A stretch of 64,000 bases of DNA from Mobula hypostoma. Lineage: Eukaryota. The DNA lies in NCBI RefSeq assembly GCF_963921235.1, contig NC_086108.1, forward strand, positions 93,932,001 to 93,996,000, in the 5' to 3' direction. Below, piece by piece: positions 50,390 through 62,814 of the stretch (its first letter is position 1; the number at the start of each line of letters is the position of its first letter). The translations under genes were made by a program, and so were the position numbers. Under the pieces are notes generated by a model. The model ran no database searches and was not told the DNA's origin. It saw nothing but the letters and a program-made list of their open reading frames with translations.

Positions 50390-51245
50390 TCTTACTCAAT
50401 GTCAGCAAGATCAAGGAGCTGATTATTGAGTTCAGGAGGAGGTAACCAGAGGTCCATGAGCCAGTCGTCATCAGGGATCAAACGTGAAGAGGATCATCAA
50501 CTTTAAATTCCTCAGGTATTATCATTTCAGAGAACCTGTCCTGTAAGTGCAATTATGAAGAAAACACAGCAGCTCCTCTACTTCCTTAGGGGTTTGCGAA
50601 GATTTGGCAAGACATTTAAAACTTTGACAAACTTCTACAGATGAGTGGTGGAGAGTATATTGACTGGCTGCATCATAGCCTGGTACGTAATACCCTTGAA
50701 CGGAAATTCCTACGAAAAGTAGGGGATGTGGCCCAGTGCATCACGAGTAAAGCCCTCCCCACCATTGAGCACATCGGCACAGGGTGTAGTTACAGTGAAG
50801 CAGCATTCTTCATCAGGAACCCCACCACCCAGGCAAGCTCTCTTCTCGCTGCTGCCATCTGGAAGAAGGTACAAGAGCCTCATGACTCAAATCACCAGGT
50901 TCAGGAACAGTTACTACCCTCAACCATCAGGCTCTTGAACCAAAGAGGATCATTTCCTTCGCCCCATCACTGAACTATTCCCACAACATTGACTCACTTT
51001 CAAGGACTCTTCATCTCATGTTCTTGATATTTATTGCTTATTTATTTTTGTATTTTTCCCTCGCTTTGTATTTGCACAGTTTTTTTGTCTTTTGCACGCT
51101 GGTTGTCCACCTTGTTGGTGCAGTCTTTCATTGATTTTATTCTGGTTATTGGATTTACTGAGTATTCCCGCCAGAAAATGAACCTCAGGGTTGTATATGG
51201 TGATATATATGTACTTTGATAATAAATTTACTTTGAACTTTGAAT
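50390..51245 (+). mobile_element. Rex1/Babar LINE 3' fragment
   Basis: LFSLLPSGRRYKSL..RFRNSYYP; tail aataaatttactttgaactttgaa. Confidence 0.75.
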
Positions 51246-51321
51246 TTCTGAAAGTCTATAGGCATGTTTGTTTCTTAATGTGTAAGCCACTTCACATTGT
51301 TTGAAAACACATTTAATCCTA

Positions 51322-52336
51322 CTAGGAATAGGGTTCCCCTGGTCCTCACCTACCACCCCACCAGCCTCCGGGTCCAACATATTATTCTCCGTAACTTCCG
51401 CCACCTCCAACGGGATCCCACCACTAAGCACATCTTTCCCTCCGCCCCCCTCTGCTTTCCGCAGGGATCGCTCCCTACGCGACTCCCTTGTCCATTCATT
51501 CCCCCCATCCCTCCCCACTGATCTCCCTCCTGGCACTTATCCTTGTAAGCGGAACAAGTGCTACACATGCCCTTACACTTCCTCCCTTACCACCATTCAG
51601 GGCCCCAAACAGTCCTTCCAGGTGAGGCATCACTTCACCTGTGAGTCGACTGGGGTGATATACTGCGTCCGGTGCTCCCGATGTGGCCTTCTATATATTG
51701 GCAAGACCTGACGCAGACTGGGAGACCGCTTTGCTGAACACCTACGCTCTGTCCGCCAGAGAAAGCAGGATTTCCCTGTGGCCACACATTTTAATTCCAC
51801 GTCCCATTCCCATTCTGGTATGTCTATCCACGGCCTCCTCTACTGTAAAGATGAAGCCACACTCAGGTTGGAGGAACAACACCTTATATTCCGTCTGGGT
51901 AGCCTCCAACCTGATGGCATGAACATCGACTTTTCTAACTTCCGCTAATGCCCCACCTCCCCCTCGTACCCCATCCATTATTTATTTATATACACACATT
52001 CTTTCTCTCTCTCCTTTTTCTCCCTGTGTCCCTCTGACTACACCCCTTGCCCATCCTCTGGTTCCCCTCCCCCTTTTCCTTCTCCCTGGGCCTCCTGTCC
52101 CATGATCCTCTCATATCCCTTTTGCCAATCACCTGTCCAGCTCTTGGCTCCATCCCTCCCCCTCCTGTCTTCTCCTATCATTTTGGATCTCCCGCTCCTC
52201 CTCCCACTTTCAAATCTCTTACTAACTCTTCCTTCAGTTAGTCCTGACGAAGAGTCTCGGCCTGAAACGTCAACTGTACCTCTTCCTACAGATGCTGCCT
52301 GGCCTGCTGCGTTCACCAGCAACTTTGATGTGTGTT
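51322..52336 (+). mobile_element. Penelope-like (Neptune) 3' fragment with HHR at 52240-52275
   Basis: RVPLVLTYHPTS; linker Zn motif PGTYPCKRNKCYTC; VIYCVRCSRCGLLYIG. Confidence 0.9.
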
Positions 52337-52811
52337 AACTAAATTATTTCTGTATGAGGGTTTGATCTTAGCAACAATGTTTTTTTATTACACTGTACAC
52401 TCCTTGCTGTTCTGCAGTTCCTTAATCAAATCTAGGGATTCAATTGGCTTGGTTCACCAGATCTCCTGGGAAACCAGGCAAATCTGAGCCCTGGGATTGG
52501 GTGATGGGTGTCCAATCTCAGGAGTGGATGAATGGGAGGTTAGAGACACAAGCGATCCTGCAGACATTGGAGATCTTGAGCAAAACACACAAAGTGGAGG
52601 GAAATAAACAGCTGACCAGCATTTTGTGTGTGTGCTGCTGGAGGTTAGAGGCACTGGGTAGCAGATTGAATGACTAGAGAGCTTACAAAATGGGGGAGTG
52701 TTTGTGAGACATTAAATGTGCATGCTTTTGCAGGGCCTTGTATGTCCATTGCAACACACGTACAATGCGGAAGGAACTGAGCAAATCAGGCAGCATCTAT
52801 GGAGGGAATAA

Positions 52812-53925
52812 GTTTGACTTCTTATTGCCAAACTTCGCCAGATTGGTATCAGCTCATCCCTCTGCAATTGGACCTTGGACTTTCTGACTAGCAGACCTCA
52901 ATCAGTTAAGTTAGACAACCTCTCCTCCTCCACTCTCACCCTGAACACTGGCGTGCCTCAAGGCTGTGTGCTGAGCCCTCTTCTGTACTCCCTTTTCACC
53001 TATGACTGCGTTCCTGTACATGGTTCTAACTCCATAATCAAGTTTGCAGACGACACCATGGTGGTTGGCCTGATCAGAGGAGATGATGAGACGGCCTACA
53101 GGGACGAGGTCCAGCATCTGGCTGCATGGTGTGCCGACAACAACCTGGCCCTTAACACCCAGAAGACCAAGGAGATCATTGTGGACTTCAGGCATGCTAG
53201 GAGCCACACTCACGTCCCCATCTACATCAACGGAGCTGTAGTGGGCGTGTATCAAGCTTCAAATTCCTTAGTGTCCACATTTCCGAGGATCTCACCTGGT
53301 CCCTGAAATCCTCCATCCTGATCAAAAAGGCACAACAGCACCTTTATTTCCTGCAGAGCATCAAGAAAGCTCACCTCTGTCTCAGGACACTGACGGACTT
53401 TTACCACTGTACCATTGAGAGCATACTCACCAACTGCATCTCAGTGTGATATGGCAATTGTCCCGTATCAGACTGCAAAGCTCTCCAGCAGGTGGTGAAA
53501 ACTGCCCAGCGGATTATCAGCACCAAATTGCCCACCAAATTTAACATCTACCATAAGCGCTGCCTGGGCAGGGCGAAAAGCATTATCAGTGATGTATCTC
53601 ACCCTAACCATCGACTTTTTACTCTCCTCCCATCCGATAGGCGCTACAGGAGCCTCCACTCCCACATCAGCAGGCACAGGAAGAGCTTCTTCCCTGAGGC
53701 TGTGACCCTGCTAAACCTCACATCACAGCGCTAAGCAGTATTGCATCCATATTGTACTGTCTCAGTACTTTTATATTTGTGTGCTGTAGCACTTACTTTT
53801 TATTCACAGTTATTTTGTAAATAACACTATTCTTCGCATTTCTGGTCAGATGCTAACTGCATTTCATTGGCTTTGTATCTGTACTTGGCACAATGACAAT
53901 AAAGTTGAATCTAATCTAATCTAAT
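52812..53925 (+). mobile_element. Rex1/Babar LINE 3' fragment inserted in a mini-PLE
   Basis: [44 protein letters not shown]; tail aataaagttgaatctaatctaat; pLTR arms on both sides. Confidence 0.88.
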
Positions 53926-55139
53926 TTGCTGAGTTCCTGCAGCATTTTATGTGTGTTGCTCAAGACTTCCGGAATCTCTTGTGCTGATATGTCTGTTGTG
54001 AATACTTTAACATTATCAGGTGATTATGAGCACGAGTGTGCATAATTTCACTGGGTAACTGGGAAGGTGGGTATGGCTGCCAATTCTTTCCACCGCAAGC
54101 TGGCACACACCTCGATGAGTTCGGTTCGTCACCTCTTCCCAGGGAGCACCACCATATTTGCCAGTCTTCCCCATTATTAAAGTCATGGAGTAAGATCTCT
54201 CTTTCTCTCAATGGTGGGGGAGAATTTGCTGCCGATTCTTGAGTCAGGGAAACTCAGAATGAAAGCAACGCGGCAGACCGTTACGTTGCAATCAGTGAGT
54301 TGTTTTGTTTCAGTGGTCGCCCCTCTCGCTGTGGAAAAGGGGTGACAACTCTCTGCCCCTTGTGAGAGAGAGAGAGGGAGAGCCTACGGAATGGCGAATT
54401 GTCAGGTGAACCATTAGTTTTTGTTGGACTGCAGATCATGGTCTACGTTGGGGGGCTTTGCCATTGCTTGCTTGGTGGGCGGTGGGTGCTGATGCTTTTC
54501 ACTGAATAAGTGGGGGGCGGGGGGAAGGTTGATAATTTGCTGCCGCTTGTGCTTGGGAGGGGGGAGAGGGTTGCTTTGGGGTTCTAGTGTTTTACTGTCA
54601 TTCATTCTTCAGAGTTCTCTTCTGTTTTCGTTGATGTCTGTGAAGAGTGAGATTTCAGCTTGTATGCTGTATACATTCTCTGATATCAAATGGAACTATT
54701 CAATCATTGATCAGGCCCTTTGGCCCAACTCAGCCACGTTGACCAGATTTCTTACCTCAGTTACTCCCATTTGTCTAGTTTTAAAGTTATTTTCTGAGTC
54801 TCTCCTGCAGATTCCAACACCCTGGGAGCGGAATCCCACAAGAACCGCTCAACCTCCAGTACACCACCAAGATTTTTGTTTTGTGAGCCGCAGGAATAAT
54901 TTGCTGGCCGGCCACTCGTTCAGGTCCGATTCAGATTCAGGTTTATTTATTTGTCACGTGCACATCGAAACACGTATGAAGTGAAATGCACCGCTTGGGC
55001 TAACAGCCAGCACAGCCCAAGGACGTGCTGGGGGCAGCCCGCAAGTGTCCGCCAGCATTGCACACCCACGGGGTTCGGCAGAACAGCACAGAGCGCAGCG
55101 AAATGACAAGCCCCTTTCCCCGCTCCCACTCACCCACAC

Positions 55140-55141
<2 letters not shown>

Positions 55142-55192
<51 letters not shown>
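55142..55192 (+). repeat. (AC)n microsatellite
   Basis: About 25 units read directly. Confidence 0.95.
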
Positions 55193-55196
<4 letters not shown>

Positions 55197-56834
55197 CAGT
55201 AGGCGCGGAGGTAGTGAGGGTGGGGACGGGATATTGCTCCTCAAAGTTCAGTTTGATGATCCAGCTTTCACACGCACCTGCTCATTTCCAGAGAGTTCGC
55301 TAAACAGTATCACCAGCAGCAAGCCCATCTCCGGGCTTTCTGCTCCATTGCCCTGACAGACACAGCAAGGCAAAGCATGTTCTGGAAGTGACCTAAGGCC
55401 TGTACATCTGCTTGGGTTGTTAGTTGCCATAGCATTAATATCTCTATTTTGATCTCTTGTCTCCTCTCTTTACAATCTTTCAGGTTTACTGTACTTTGCA
55501 GAGCTGAAGAACACTGCTTCATTTACGAAGCACCAAGCACAAATTCCCAACGGTCAACATTTTGGGCAAAGACCCTTCATTAGATGCTGATGAAGGATCT
55601 CAGCCCAAAACGCCGGCTCTTTGTTACTCTCCATAGATGCTGCCTGACCCGCTGAGTTCCTCCAACATCTTAGGTGTGTTACTCTGGATTTTCAGCATCT
55701 GCAGAATTTCTTGTGTTTAGAAATTCCAAAAATGCTTCTCGGCCGAAGTAGTACTTTCGTGGTTGTAAGATAGAGAGACAGCTATTTCCCTGGAGACTTT
55801 GAGGACAGAGAGCTCCCACCAATAGCAGTGTGAAAGGATCAGAAAATCTTTGGTGATGGACAGGATTCAGCCAGGACACCCATGTTCTCCTTCAAAATAA
55901 TGCCGACAGTCCTCTTAGATCCATCTTAGAGAGCAGATGGGGGCTTGAGTTGTCATCAGAAAGATATTTCTCTAACTGTGCAGGATGCTGTCAATACTGC
56001 ACTGCAGGGTTAGATTAGAGATTTGTGCTCAAGTTCCTGAAGTGGGACTTGGACCCACAAATTCCAAGGTGAGAGTACAGTCAGCTGAGTCGTGGTCAGC
56101 ATGTGCTATGTGAGTTGCACTTTGGGAAACCCTTAATAGGTGGTAATCTTCAGCTTTTAAATATTCATCTCGTATCAGCATCAGAGGCTGGTCATGTCCT
56201 GTGACATTATAAATTCTCTTGAATATTCAAAATAAATCAAAGCAGTTTAAGCTTTTCTTGATATATAATGGCAGGACAAGCATATATCAAAGTGCAATAC
56301 TGGCAAATTAATTTGTTAACATATTGGTAGAAGATTTCAATGTCTATATTAAAAACTTCATTGAAGTGAGAGATTTGACCATGGAGACAATAGCATGTTT
56401 GTTAGCTATTGTTCAAACCTGACAGTTGTTAAATTGAGGGAAATTTCTCAACAAAATATGGGATTCAGAATCAGAGCAACACACATAAAAGTTGCTGGTG
56501 AACGCAGCAGGCCAGGCAGGAGGAGATACAGTCGACAATCTGATTCAGAATGTTGTGAAATTTGTTTAACTTTGCAGCTGCAGTACAATGCAATACATGA
56601 TAATAGAAAAAAATGAATTACTGTATATATATATATATATATACATATAAATTTAAATAAGTACTTCAAACAAAAAGTAGTTCAAATCAATTTCAACCGA
56701 CATACAAATCGTATCAATTCATTTTGTTAGAAGTAACTTATTATGAAGAGATACAGGTGTTTACAATTTTCAAAAAAGTGTTGAAGCTTTTAAACTGTTC
56801 TTATTTCATCATGTTCAGTTCATATGCTTATACG

Positions 56835-58495
56835 GCGGGGAAGAGAAGTGTGCGCAGTCACAATTACGACAGAGAAGGTACTCAGGAAGCTGAATAGTCT
56901 AAAGGTAGATGAATCTCCCGGACCAGATGGAATGCACCCGCATGTTCTGAAGGAAGTAGCTGTGGAGATTGCTGAGGCATTAGCGATGATCTTCAAAAGT
57001 TGATAGATTCTGGCATGGTTCCGGAGGACTGGAAGATTTCAAATGTCACTCCACTATTTAAGAAGGGGGCAAGGAAGCAAAAAGGAAATTGTAGACCTGT
57101 TGGCTTGACACCGGTGGTTGGGAAGTTGTTGGAGTCAATTGTCAAGGATGAGGTTACAGAGTACCTGGAGGCATATGACAAGATAGGCAGAACTCAGCAT
57201 GGATTCCTTAAAGGAAAATCCTGCCTGACAAACCTATTACAATTTTTTGAGGAAATTGCAAGTAGGCTAGACAAGGGAGATGCAGTGGATGTTGTATATT
57301 TGGATTTTCAGAAGGCCTTTGACAAGGTGCCACACATGAGGCTACTTAACAAGGTAAGAGCCCGTGGAATTACGGGAAAGTTACATAAGTGGATAGAGCG
57401 TTGGCTGATTGGCAGGAAACAGAGAGTGGGAATAAAGGGATCCTATTCTGGTTGGCTGCCGGTTAGCAGTGGTGTTCCACAGGGGTCCGTGTTGGGGCCG
57501 CTTCTTTTTACATTGTACATCAACGATTTGGATTATGGAATGGATGGCTTTGTGGCTAAGTTTTCTGACGATATGAAAATAGGTGGAGGGGCCGGTAGTG
57601 CTGAGGAAACAGAGAGTCTGCAGAGAGACTTGGATAGATTGGAAGAATGGGCAAAGAAGTGGCAAATGAAATACAGTGTTGGAAAGTGTATGGTTATGCA
57701 CTTTGGCAGAAGAAATAAACGGGCAGACTATTATTTAAATGGGGAAAGAATTCAAAGTTCTGAGATGCAACGGGACTTGGGAGTCCTCGTACAGGATACC
57801 CTTAAGGTTAACCTCCAGGTTGAGTCGGTAGTGAAGAAGGCGAATGCAATGTTGGCATTCATTTCTAGAGGAATAGAGTATAGGAGGAGGGATGTGATGT
57901 TTAGGCTCTATAAGGCGCTGGTGAGACCTCCCTTGGAGTACTGTGGGCAGTTTTGGTCTCCTTATTTAAGAAAGGATGTGCTGACGTTGGAGAGGGTACA
58001 GAGAAGATTCATTAGAATGATTTCGGGAATGAGAGGGTTAGCATATGAGGAACGTTTGTCCGCTCTTGGACTGTATTCCTTGGAGTTTAGAAGAATGAGG
58101 GGAAACCTCACAGAAACATTTCGAATGTTGAAAGGCATGGACAGAGAGGATGTGGCAAAGTTGTTTCCCATGATGGGGGAGTCTAGTACGAGAGGGCATG
58201 ACTTAAGGATTGAAGGGCGCCCATTCAGAATAGAAATGCGAAAAAATTTTTTTAGCCAGAGGGTGGTGAATCTATGGAATTTGTTGCCATGGGCGGCAGT
58301 GGAGGCCAAGTCATTGGGTGTATTTAAGGCAGAGATTGATAGGTATCTGAGTAGCCAGGGCATCAAAGGTTATGGTGAAAAGGTGGGGGAGTGGGACTGA
58401 ATGGGAGAATGGATCAGCTCATGATAAAATGGCGGAGCAGACTCGATGGGCCGAATGGCCGACTTGTGCTCCTTTGTCTTATGGTCTTATGTCTT
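56835..58495 (+). mobile_element. Young 5'-truncated CR1 with uninterrupted 466-codon RT/C-terminal frame
   Basis: ORF 57000-58400: VYLDFQKAFDKVPH, SGVPQGSVLGP, KFSDD; tail (tggtctta)n. Confidence 0.92.
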
Positions 58496-58743
58496 ATTTA
58501 CATAGTGCCTACGTATATGATATGTAGGATGTGAGTCCTGCCGAAGGGTTTTGACTGAAACGTCGACTGTTTACTCCTTTCATATACGCTGCCTGGGCTG
58601 CCGAGTTCCTCCAGCATTTTGTGTGTGTGTTGCTCAGTTTTCCAGCATCTGCATATTTTCTCTTGTATATGTGTGTAGTGTATACATTATAAGATAGATA
58701 ATGCATGTTGTGTGTGCATGCATACATATTGTATGTGTATATA

Positions 58744-59225
58744 TGAGGGGGATTGATAAGTTTGTGGCCTAAGGTAGAAGAAGTCAATTTTAGAAAACCT
58801 AGCACATTTATTTTTCCTACATTTACACACTTAGTCCAGCGGTCGTGGAGCATACGGACCCCTTCTCAGCAGAAGTCGGAGTCTTGGAACTCCAGAAGTG
58901 CTCCACAGCAGGGGTGATTGATAAGTTTGTGGCCTAAGGTAGAATGAGGTGAGGAGAAACTTCAAACTTTCTACATTTTCACTATGAGTTGAACTGCACG
59001 TGCATGTAACGAGAGCTGTATAACTCATCTCCTTCTACCTTAGGCCACAAACTTATCAATCACCCCTGCTGTGGACCACTTCTACAAAGAAGGGATCCGT
59101 ATGCTCCACGACCGCTGGACTAAGTGTGTACACATAGGAGGGGACTATGTTGAAAAATAAATGTGCTAGGTTTTCTAAAATTGACTCCTTCTACCTTAGG
59201 CCATAAACTTATCAATCACCCCTCG
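58744..59225. mobile_element. Mariner-derived fold-back MITE with outer and inner TIR pairs
   Basis: TA TSDs; TIR (c/t)gagggg(t/g)gattgataagtttgtggcctaaggtagaa; transposase C-terminus FYKEGIRMLHDRWTKCV..GDYVEK. Confidence 0.88.
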
Positions 59226-59639
59226 TATATTTGATTGTATGCGTGCATGATGTTCAGACATCTTTGAGAATAGAGTAAATGGGCGCCTATACCTATATGT
59301 ATGAGTGTACTAATGAATATGACAGCTTGAAATAGATACACATTACAAAAGAGCTTGAAAATGATGTCAGATGGAATCCGATTTGAAAGAAAACAGGAAT
59401 ATCATGGTTTCACTGATACTCATTAATTTTTTTCTGACTCAGGATGCCAGAAATCCCAGCCCTGCCCTAAGGCCTGGTCATCTTCAAAGAATGTTCCCTT
59501 GTAAAGAGTATCTGTTCCTCTTTGTTCAGTCATCAGTTCCGCCCGCCTGGTCACCAGTTCACAATGCTGCAGTCAGAGAAAAGACCCTCTTCTGATAAAC
59601 GATGTGTAAGAAGCTCTTGCTCCAAAGATCGAGAGCCCC

Positions 59640-59741
59640 ATGAAAAGAGGCAGTTTGTCTTTCAGAAAGGGTATTAATTCACACAGGCAGCTGAGGTCTT
59701 CCTCTGACACCCAGATCAACACCTGCAACATCGATGTGAAG
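59640..59741 (+). CDS. Candidate first coding exon of the downstream gene (MKRGSLSFRKGINSHRQLRSSSDTQINTCNIDVK)
   Basis: Unique non-repeat block; acceptor-like tttctgactcag at 59442; ATG open to AAG|GTTTGT donor; no recognised homology. Confidence 0.25.
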
Positions 59742-59933
59742 GTTTGTCTTGAGTTATTGTACATTCAGCGGCCACTTTATTAGGTATCTCCTGTCCTAGT
59801 AAACTGGCCACCAAGTACATGTCAGAATCAGGCTTATTATCACTGGCACGTGTCGTGAAATTTGTTAACTTAGCAGCAGCAGTACCATGCAATATGTGAT
59901 ACTATAGAAAGAAAACAAAATTCAGTAAGTAAA

Positions 59934-60239
59934 TATATATATAGGCATCTGTTAGTCTCATGAGACGATGGATTTGCGCCTTGGAAGGTTTCCAGGGCGC
60001 AGGCCTGGGCAAGGTTGTATGGAAGACCAGCCCATGCTGCAAGTCTCCCCTCTCCATACCACCGATGTTGTCCAAGGGAAGGGCATTAGGACCCATACAG
60101 CTTGGCACCGGTGTGGTCGCAGAGCAATGTGTGGTTAAGTGCCCTGCTCAAGGACACACACGCTGCCTCAGCCAAGGCTCGAACTAGCGACCTTCAAATC
60201 ACTAGATGAATGCCTTAACCACTTGGCCACGTGCCAACA
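59934..60239 (-). mobile_element. tRNA-headed SINE with RTE-like body
   Basis: A box TGGCCAAGTGG, B box AGTTCGAGCC, core gtgtccttgagcagggcacttaacc; (TA)n tail; 11-bp TSD cagtaagtaaa 59923-59933 / 60240-60250. Confidence 0.8.
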
Positions 60240-60289
60240 CAGTAAGTAAACACTGTATATATAAAAATAGTGCAAAATCAGAAATAATA

Positions 60290-61563
60290 GAAAAAAGGGA
60301 GATAGTTTTCATGGGTTCAATGTTCGTTTAGGAATCGGATGGCAGACGGGAAGAAGATGTTCCTGAATCGCTGCGTGTGTGCCTTCAGGTTCCTGTATCT
60401 CCTTCCTGATGGTAACAATGAGAAGAGGTTATGTCCTGGGTGGTGGAGGCTCCCTAATAATGGACGCCACCTGTCTGAGGCACTGTTCCTTGAAGCTGAC
60501 ATGGATACTATGGAGACTAGCAGCCAAGATGGAGCTGTCCAATTTTACAACTTTCAGTAGCTTCTTTTGGTCCTATGCAGTAGCCACCCCGACACACCAC
60601 TCCCCCCATACCAGACAGTGATGCAGCCTGTCAGAATGCTCTCCAAGATACATCTATAGAAGTTTTTGAGTGTCTTAGGTGACAAACCAAATCTCTTCAA
60701 ACTCCTAATGAAATATAGCTGCTGTCTTGCCTTCTTTATAGCTGCATCAATATGTTGGGACCAGATTAGCTCCTTGGAGATATTGGTCCCCAGGAACTTG
60801 AAACTGCTCACTCTCTCCACGTCTGATCCCTCGATGAGAATCGGTTTGTGTTCCCTCGTCTTACCCTTGCTGAAACCTACAATCAGCTCTTTGGTCTTAC
60901 TGACATTGAGTACAAGGTTGTTGCTGCGACACCACTTCACTAGCTGGTATATCTCGCTCCTGTACGCCCTCTTGTCTCCATCTGAGATTCTACCGCCAAT
61001 GGTTGTATCATCAGCAAATTTATAGATGGTATTTGAGATATGCCTAGCCACACAGTCATTGGTATAGAGAGAGTTGAGCAGTGGGCTAAGCACACACCCC
61101 TGAGATGTGCCAGTGTCAAAAGTCAGTGAGGAGGAGATATTATTACCAATTCGCACAGATTGTGGTCTTCTGGTTAGGAAGTCGAGGATTCAATTACAGA
61201 GGGAGGTACAGAGGCCCGGGTTCTATAGCTTATCGATTAGGACTGTGGGAATGATAGTGTTAAGCGACTATAGATGAAAGAGCTACGGTCAACGAACAGC
61301 AGCCTGAAATAGGTGTTTGAATTGTTCTGGTGATCTAAGGCTGTGTGAAGAGCCATTAAGATTGTGTCTGCCTTTGACCTATTGTGGCGATAGGCAAATT
61401 GCAATGGGTCCAGATTCTTGCTGAGGCAGGAGTTCATTCTACCCATGACCAAATTCTCAAAGCATTTCATCACTATAGATGTGAGTGCTACTGGGTGATA
61501 GTCATTAAGGCAGCTCACACTACTATTGTTAGGCACTGGTATAATTGTTGGCTTTTTGAAGCA
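60290..61563 (-). mobile_element. Rex1/Babar LINE RT fragment
   Basis: [42 protein letters not shown]. Confidence 0.9.
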
Positions 61564-62253
61564 GGGAGAGATCTAGAAGATAATAAGGCTAATAAGAAGG
61601 AGCTTAAGAATGAAATTAGGAGAGACAGAAGGGGCCATGAGAAGGCCTTGCAGACAGGATTAAGGAAAACCCCAAGGCATTCTACAAGTATGTGAAGAGC
61701 AAGAGGATAAGACATGAGAGAATTGGGCCACTCAAGTGTGACAGTGAAGAAGTGTGTATCGAACCAGAGGAGATAGCAGAGGTACTTAATGAATACTTTG
61801 CTTCAGTATTCACTATGGAAAAGGATCTTGGTGATTGTAGGGATGACTTGCAGCGGACTGAAAAGCTTGAGCATGTAGATATTAAGAAAGAGGATGTGCT
61901 GGAGCTTTTGGAAAGCATCGTTGGATAAGTCACCAGGACCGGATGAGATGTACCCCAGACTACTGTGGGAGGTGAGGGAGGAGATTGCTGAGTCTCTGGC
62001 AATGATCTTTGCATCATCAATGGGGTCGGGAGAGGTTCCAGAGGATTGGAGGGTTGCGGATGTTGTTCCTTTATTCAAGAAAGGGAGTAGAGATAGCCTA
62101 GTAAATTATAGACCAGTGAGTCTTACTTCAGTGATTGGTAAGTTGATGGAGAAGATCCTGAGAGGCAGGATTTATGAACATTTGGAGAGGCATAATATGA
62201 TTAGGAATAGTCAGCATGGCTTTGTCAAAGGCAGGTCATGCCTTACAAGCCTA
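61564..62253 (+). mobile_element. CR1 internal ORF2 fragment, same subfamily as 5080-5755
   Basis: KSPGPDEMYPRLLWE..NYRPVSLTS..QHGFVKGRSCLTSL. Confidence 0.88.
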
Positions 62254-62395
62254 ATAGGAAGGAGACAAGTGAAGCTTGTTGAGCTGCAGAGTGAATGGAA
62301 GAGGTGATAGAGTAAAACTGTGGTGACCATGGGGATAAAGTGTAATTGAGGATATCTGCTCAGTAAGTGAATGCAATGGCTTGGAGAATGAGAAC

Positions 62396-62814
62396 GTATT
62401 TCTACTGTCCGTTACGCTGCTGGCGTTGAGGGCAGCAATGAAGGTCCTCCACCTCTTGCAGTGTTCAGGGTTTCCTTCATCGTGTCAGTAGTTCAGTTTT
62501 TGCTACTGTCAGTCCTGCAAGTTCTGGGTGGAGACTCGGCAATACTGTCACACTCAGATGTAGAAGGATTCTTTATTGCTGTTTCCATAACAGTTTTGGT
62601 TAACCAGTCAGGGTGGTTAGCTCTGAGCTGAATCCCCAAATCTGGAGGACCGGTGGACCACTTTTAGTCTGGCCTCTACCCTTTGACCTGTTTGGCATTG
62701 ATGACCCTACCAAGAGCCAAAGCATAAAGCCCTGACTCCAGCCAACATAGCTCTCCACGTCACTGAGGCATGCAAACTTCCAAACTCAATGACAAGGTTG
62801 TGGTCCTTTTGGAG
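62396..62814. mobile_element. RTE-related non-autonomous insertion
   Basis: 10-bp TSD gaatgagaac 62386-62395 / 62815-62824; RTE-5'UTR-like motifs (ctggaggaccggtggaccac, gaccctaccaagagcc). Confidence 0.55.

Noticed and set aside
54954..55356. Cys/His-rich ORFs
   Set aside because: Translation of the (AC)n microsatellite
58744..59225. CRISPR-like repeated 35-mers
   Set aside because: Repeats are inverted transposon TIRs in eukaryotic DNA; no spacer array or cas genes
60165..60237. Second tRNA gene (also 1455-1520)
   Set aside because: No complete cloverleaf; continues into a SINE body, tail and TSD
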